A DNA stretch of 62,873 bases, the filler included, from Hausera hauseri (Eukaryota), in NCBI GenBank assembly GCA_046269625.1. It is 12 parts of 12 records of this genome, joined end to end, with 100 filler letters (N's around TTAATTAATTAA, not from the genome) between each part and the next. Parts side by side here need not be neighbours in the genome. Positions count along the whole stretch, not along the records: positions 53,981 to 62,873 come from JBJURY010509905.1; 11 more parts are not named here. The stretch is one strand, 5' to 3'. Of this stretch, positions 62,041 through 62,873 are shown one piece after another. The notes under the pieces were generated by a model. The model was not told where the DNA came from, did no database searches, and worked only from the letters and a program-made list of their open reading frames with translations. Made by a program: the position numbers and the translations under genes. Every line of letters begins with the position of its first letter. Position 1 is the stretch's first letter.

Positions 62041-62873
62041 TTAGTGTTTATTTGTCAAAAGAAATTTAATGTTAATTTTCTCAATGCTTTTGCACAATGG
62101 AAGTAAATCCTGCAGAACTTTAATTGCACGTTCAGCACAAATGTTTGACCTTTGAGTTGGGATTGGAGTCGGCTCAACGGACCAAAAAGACTTTAAAGTC
62201 TTTATTGCCTTTGAGTGATCTTTGCAAACGGCTGCCAAATTATTGTAGTTATCCTGATTATAAACTTGACCAGAGAACCAGATGTCACTCCACGTGCCAC
62301 TAATAAAGTCACATGATGACTGACCTTCGGCTGACTGTCGAAATTCTGGGAGTAAAATATAAGCTAGCAAAGCATAGATTGCTCGGCTATTCCATCTTGC
62401 ATTGCTTATATTTGGCAAAGTTCTGAAATTTACTTTAGGGAAGCATCCTGTTTTCTTAAACTGTCTGTAACAAGTGATCAAGTGATGAAGGAAAGCCATA
62501 TCATCTCTCCAAACAATTTCGTCTTCTTCCTTCAGAGCATCTCCACTATTGTCAAAAGATGCTTTCAGTTGCTGGTACTCTTCTGTTATTCTAGTAATGA
62601 ACGAATACTTGAGATTAGGCGAGGTTGTTGCTCCTTCAAAATAATCATTCATCACATGTTTCAGTAATGTATCAAGAACATGATGCTGGCATCCAATATA
62701 AAGAGGTTTGTCTAATCCAAGCTTCACAAAATGCTTCTGTAGTCGTGTGACTGCCCCAACAGATTTTCCTGTATTTGCAGAGGTTGTGTCAGAAATTATT
62801 AACTTAATTGCAGGCCATAGTTTATATTCATCAAGCACAGTTTTTATTCCATTGAATATTGTTTCACCTTTTC
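62041..62873 (-). CDS. DDE transposase C-terminal part with a CxxH-type motif (hAT-related, hATm-like); frame intact and running off the window; probable terminus TAGGG at 61851
   Basis: SDTTSANTG..GA (second D), IGCQHHVLD, SNARW, and SNICAERAIK (E). Family assignment is from recalled motifs. Confidence 0.75.
   Translation of the reverse strand, partial: KGETIFNGIKTVLDEYKLWPAIKLIISDTTSANTGKSVGAVTRLQKHFVKLGLDKPLYIGCQHHVLDTLLKHVMNDYFEGATTSPNLKYSFITRITEEYQQLKASFDNSGDALKEEDEIVWRDDMAFLHHLITCYRQFKKTGCFPKVNFRTLPNISNARWNSRAIYALLAYILLPEFRQSAEGQSSCDFISGTWSDIWFSGQVYNQDNYNNLAAVCKDHSKAIKTLKSFWSVEPTPIPTQRSNICAERAIKVLQDLLPLCKSIEKINIKFLLTNKH

Overview
This is not one locus. It is 12 short contigs from an AT-rich metazoan assembly, joined by artificial 100-nt N44-TTAATTAATTAA-N44 spacers. 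Contigs: 1-4211, 4312-9431, 9532-14828, 14929-19236, 19337-24856, 24957-31311, 31412-35537, 35638-40406, 40507-45740, 45841-49834, 49935-53880, 53981-62873. Host genes are an ERLEC1/XTP3-B-like lectin and a CTDNEP1/Dullard phosphatase (both with ~38-47-nt introns), a DCC1-like fragment, an epsin-type ENTH gene, an intronless double-RING gene and a Toll-like LRR fragment. Most of the remaining sequence is mobile DNA: three decayed Polinton/Maverick protein-primed PolB genes and an integrase tail, repeatedly interrupted by LTR-type insertions; a Ty3/gypsy gag-pro; and piggyBac, pogo, Tc1/mariner (DD37E- and DD37D-like), hAT and BEL/Pao relics. The most unusual signal is an apparent giant LTR-type element. 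In two diverged copies (contigs 4 and 8) the Gag zinc knuckle runs into a >1200-codon polyprotein with no recognisable protease or RT, containing helical regions, a ubiquitin-like domain, an AT-hook and a hydrophobic signal-like segment. Contig 9 holds an intact >1150-aa ORF (FN3-like domain, transmembrane helices, catalytically dead DEDDh exonuclease-like domain) followed by a PPT and LTR, and may be the 3' end of the same family. All homology calls are by-eye motif recognition, not database searches.
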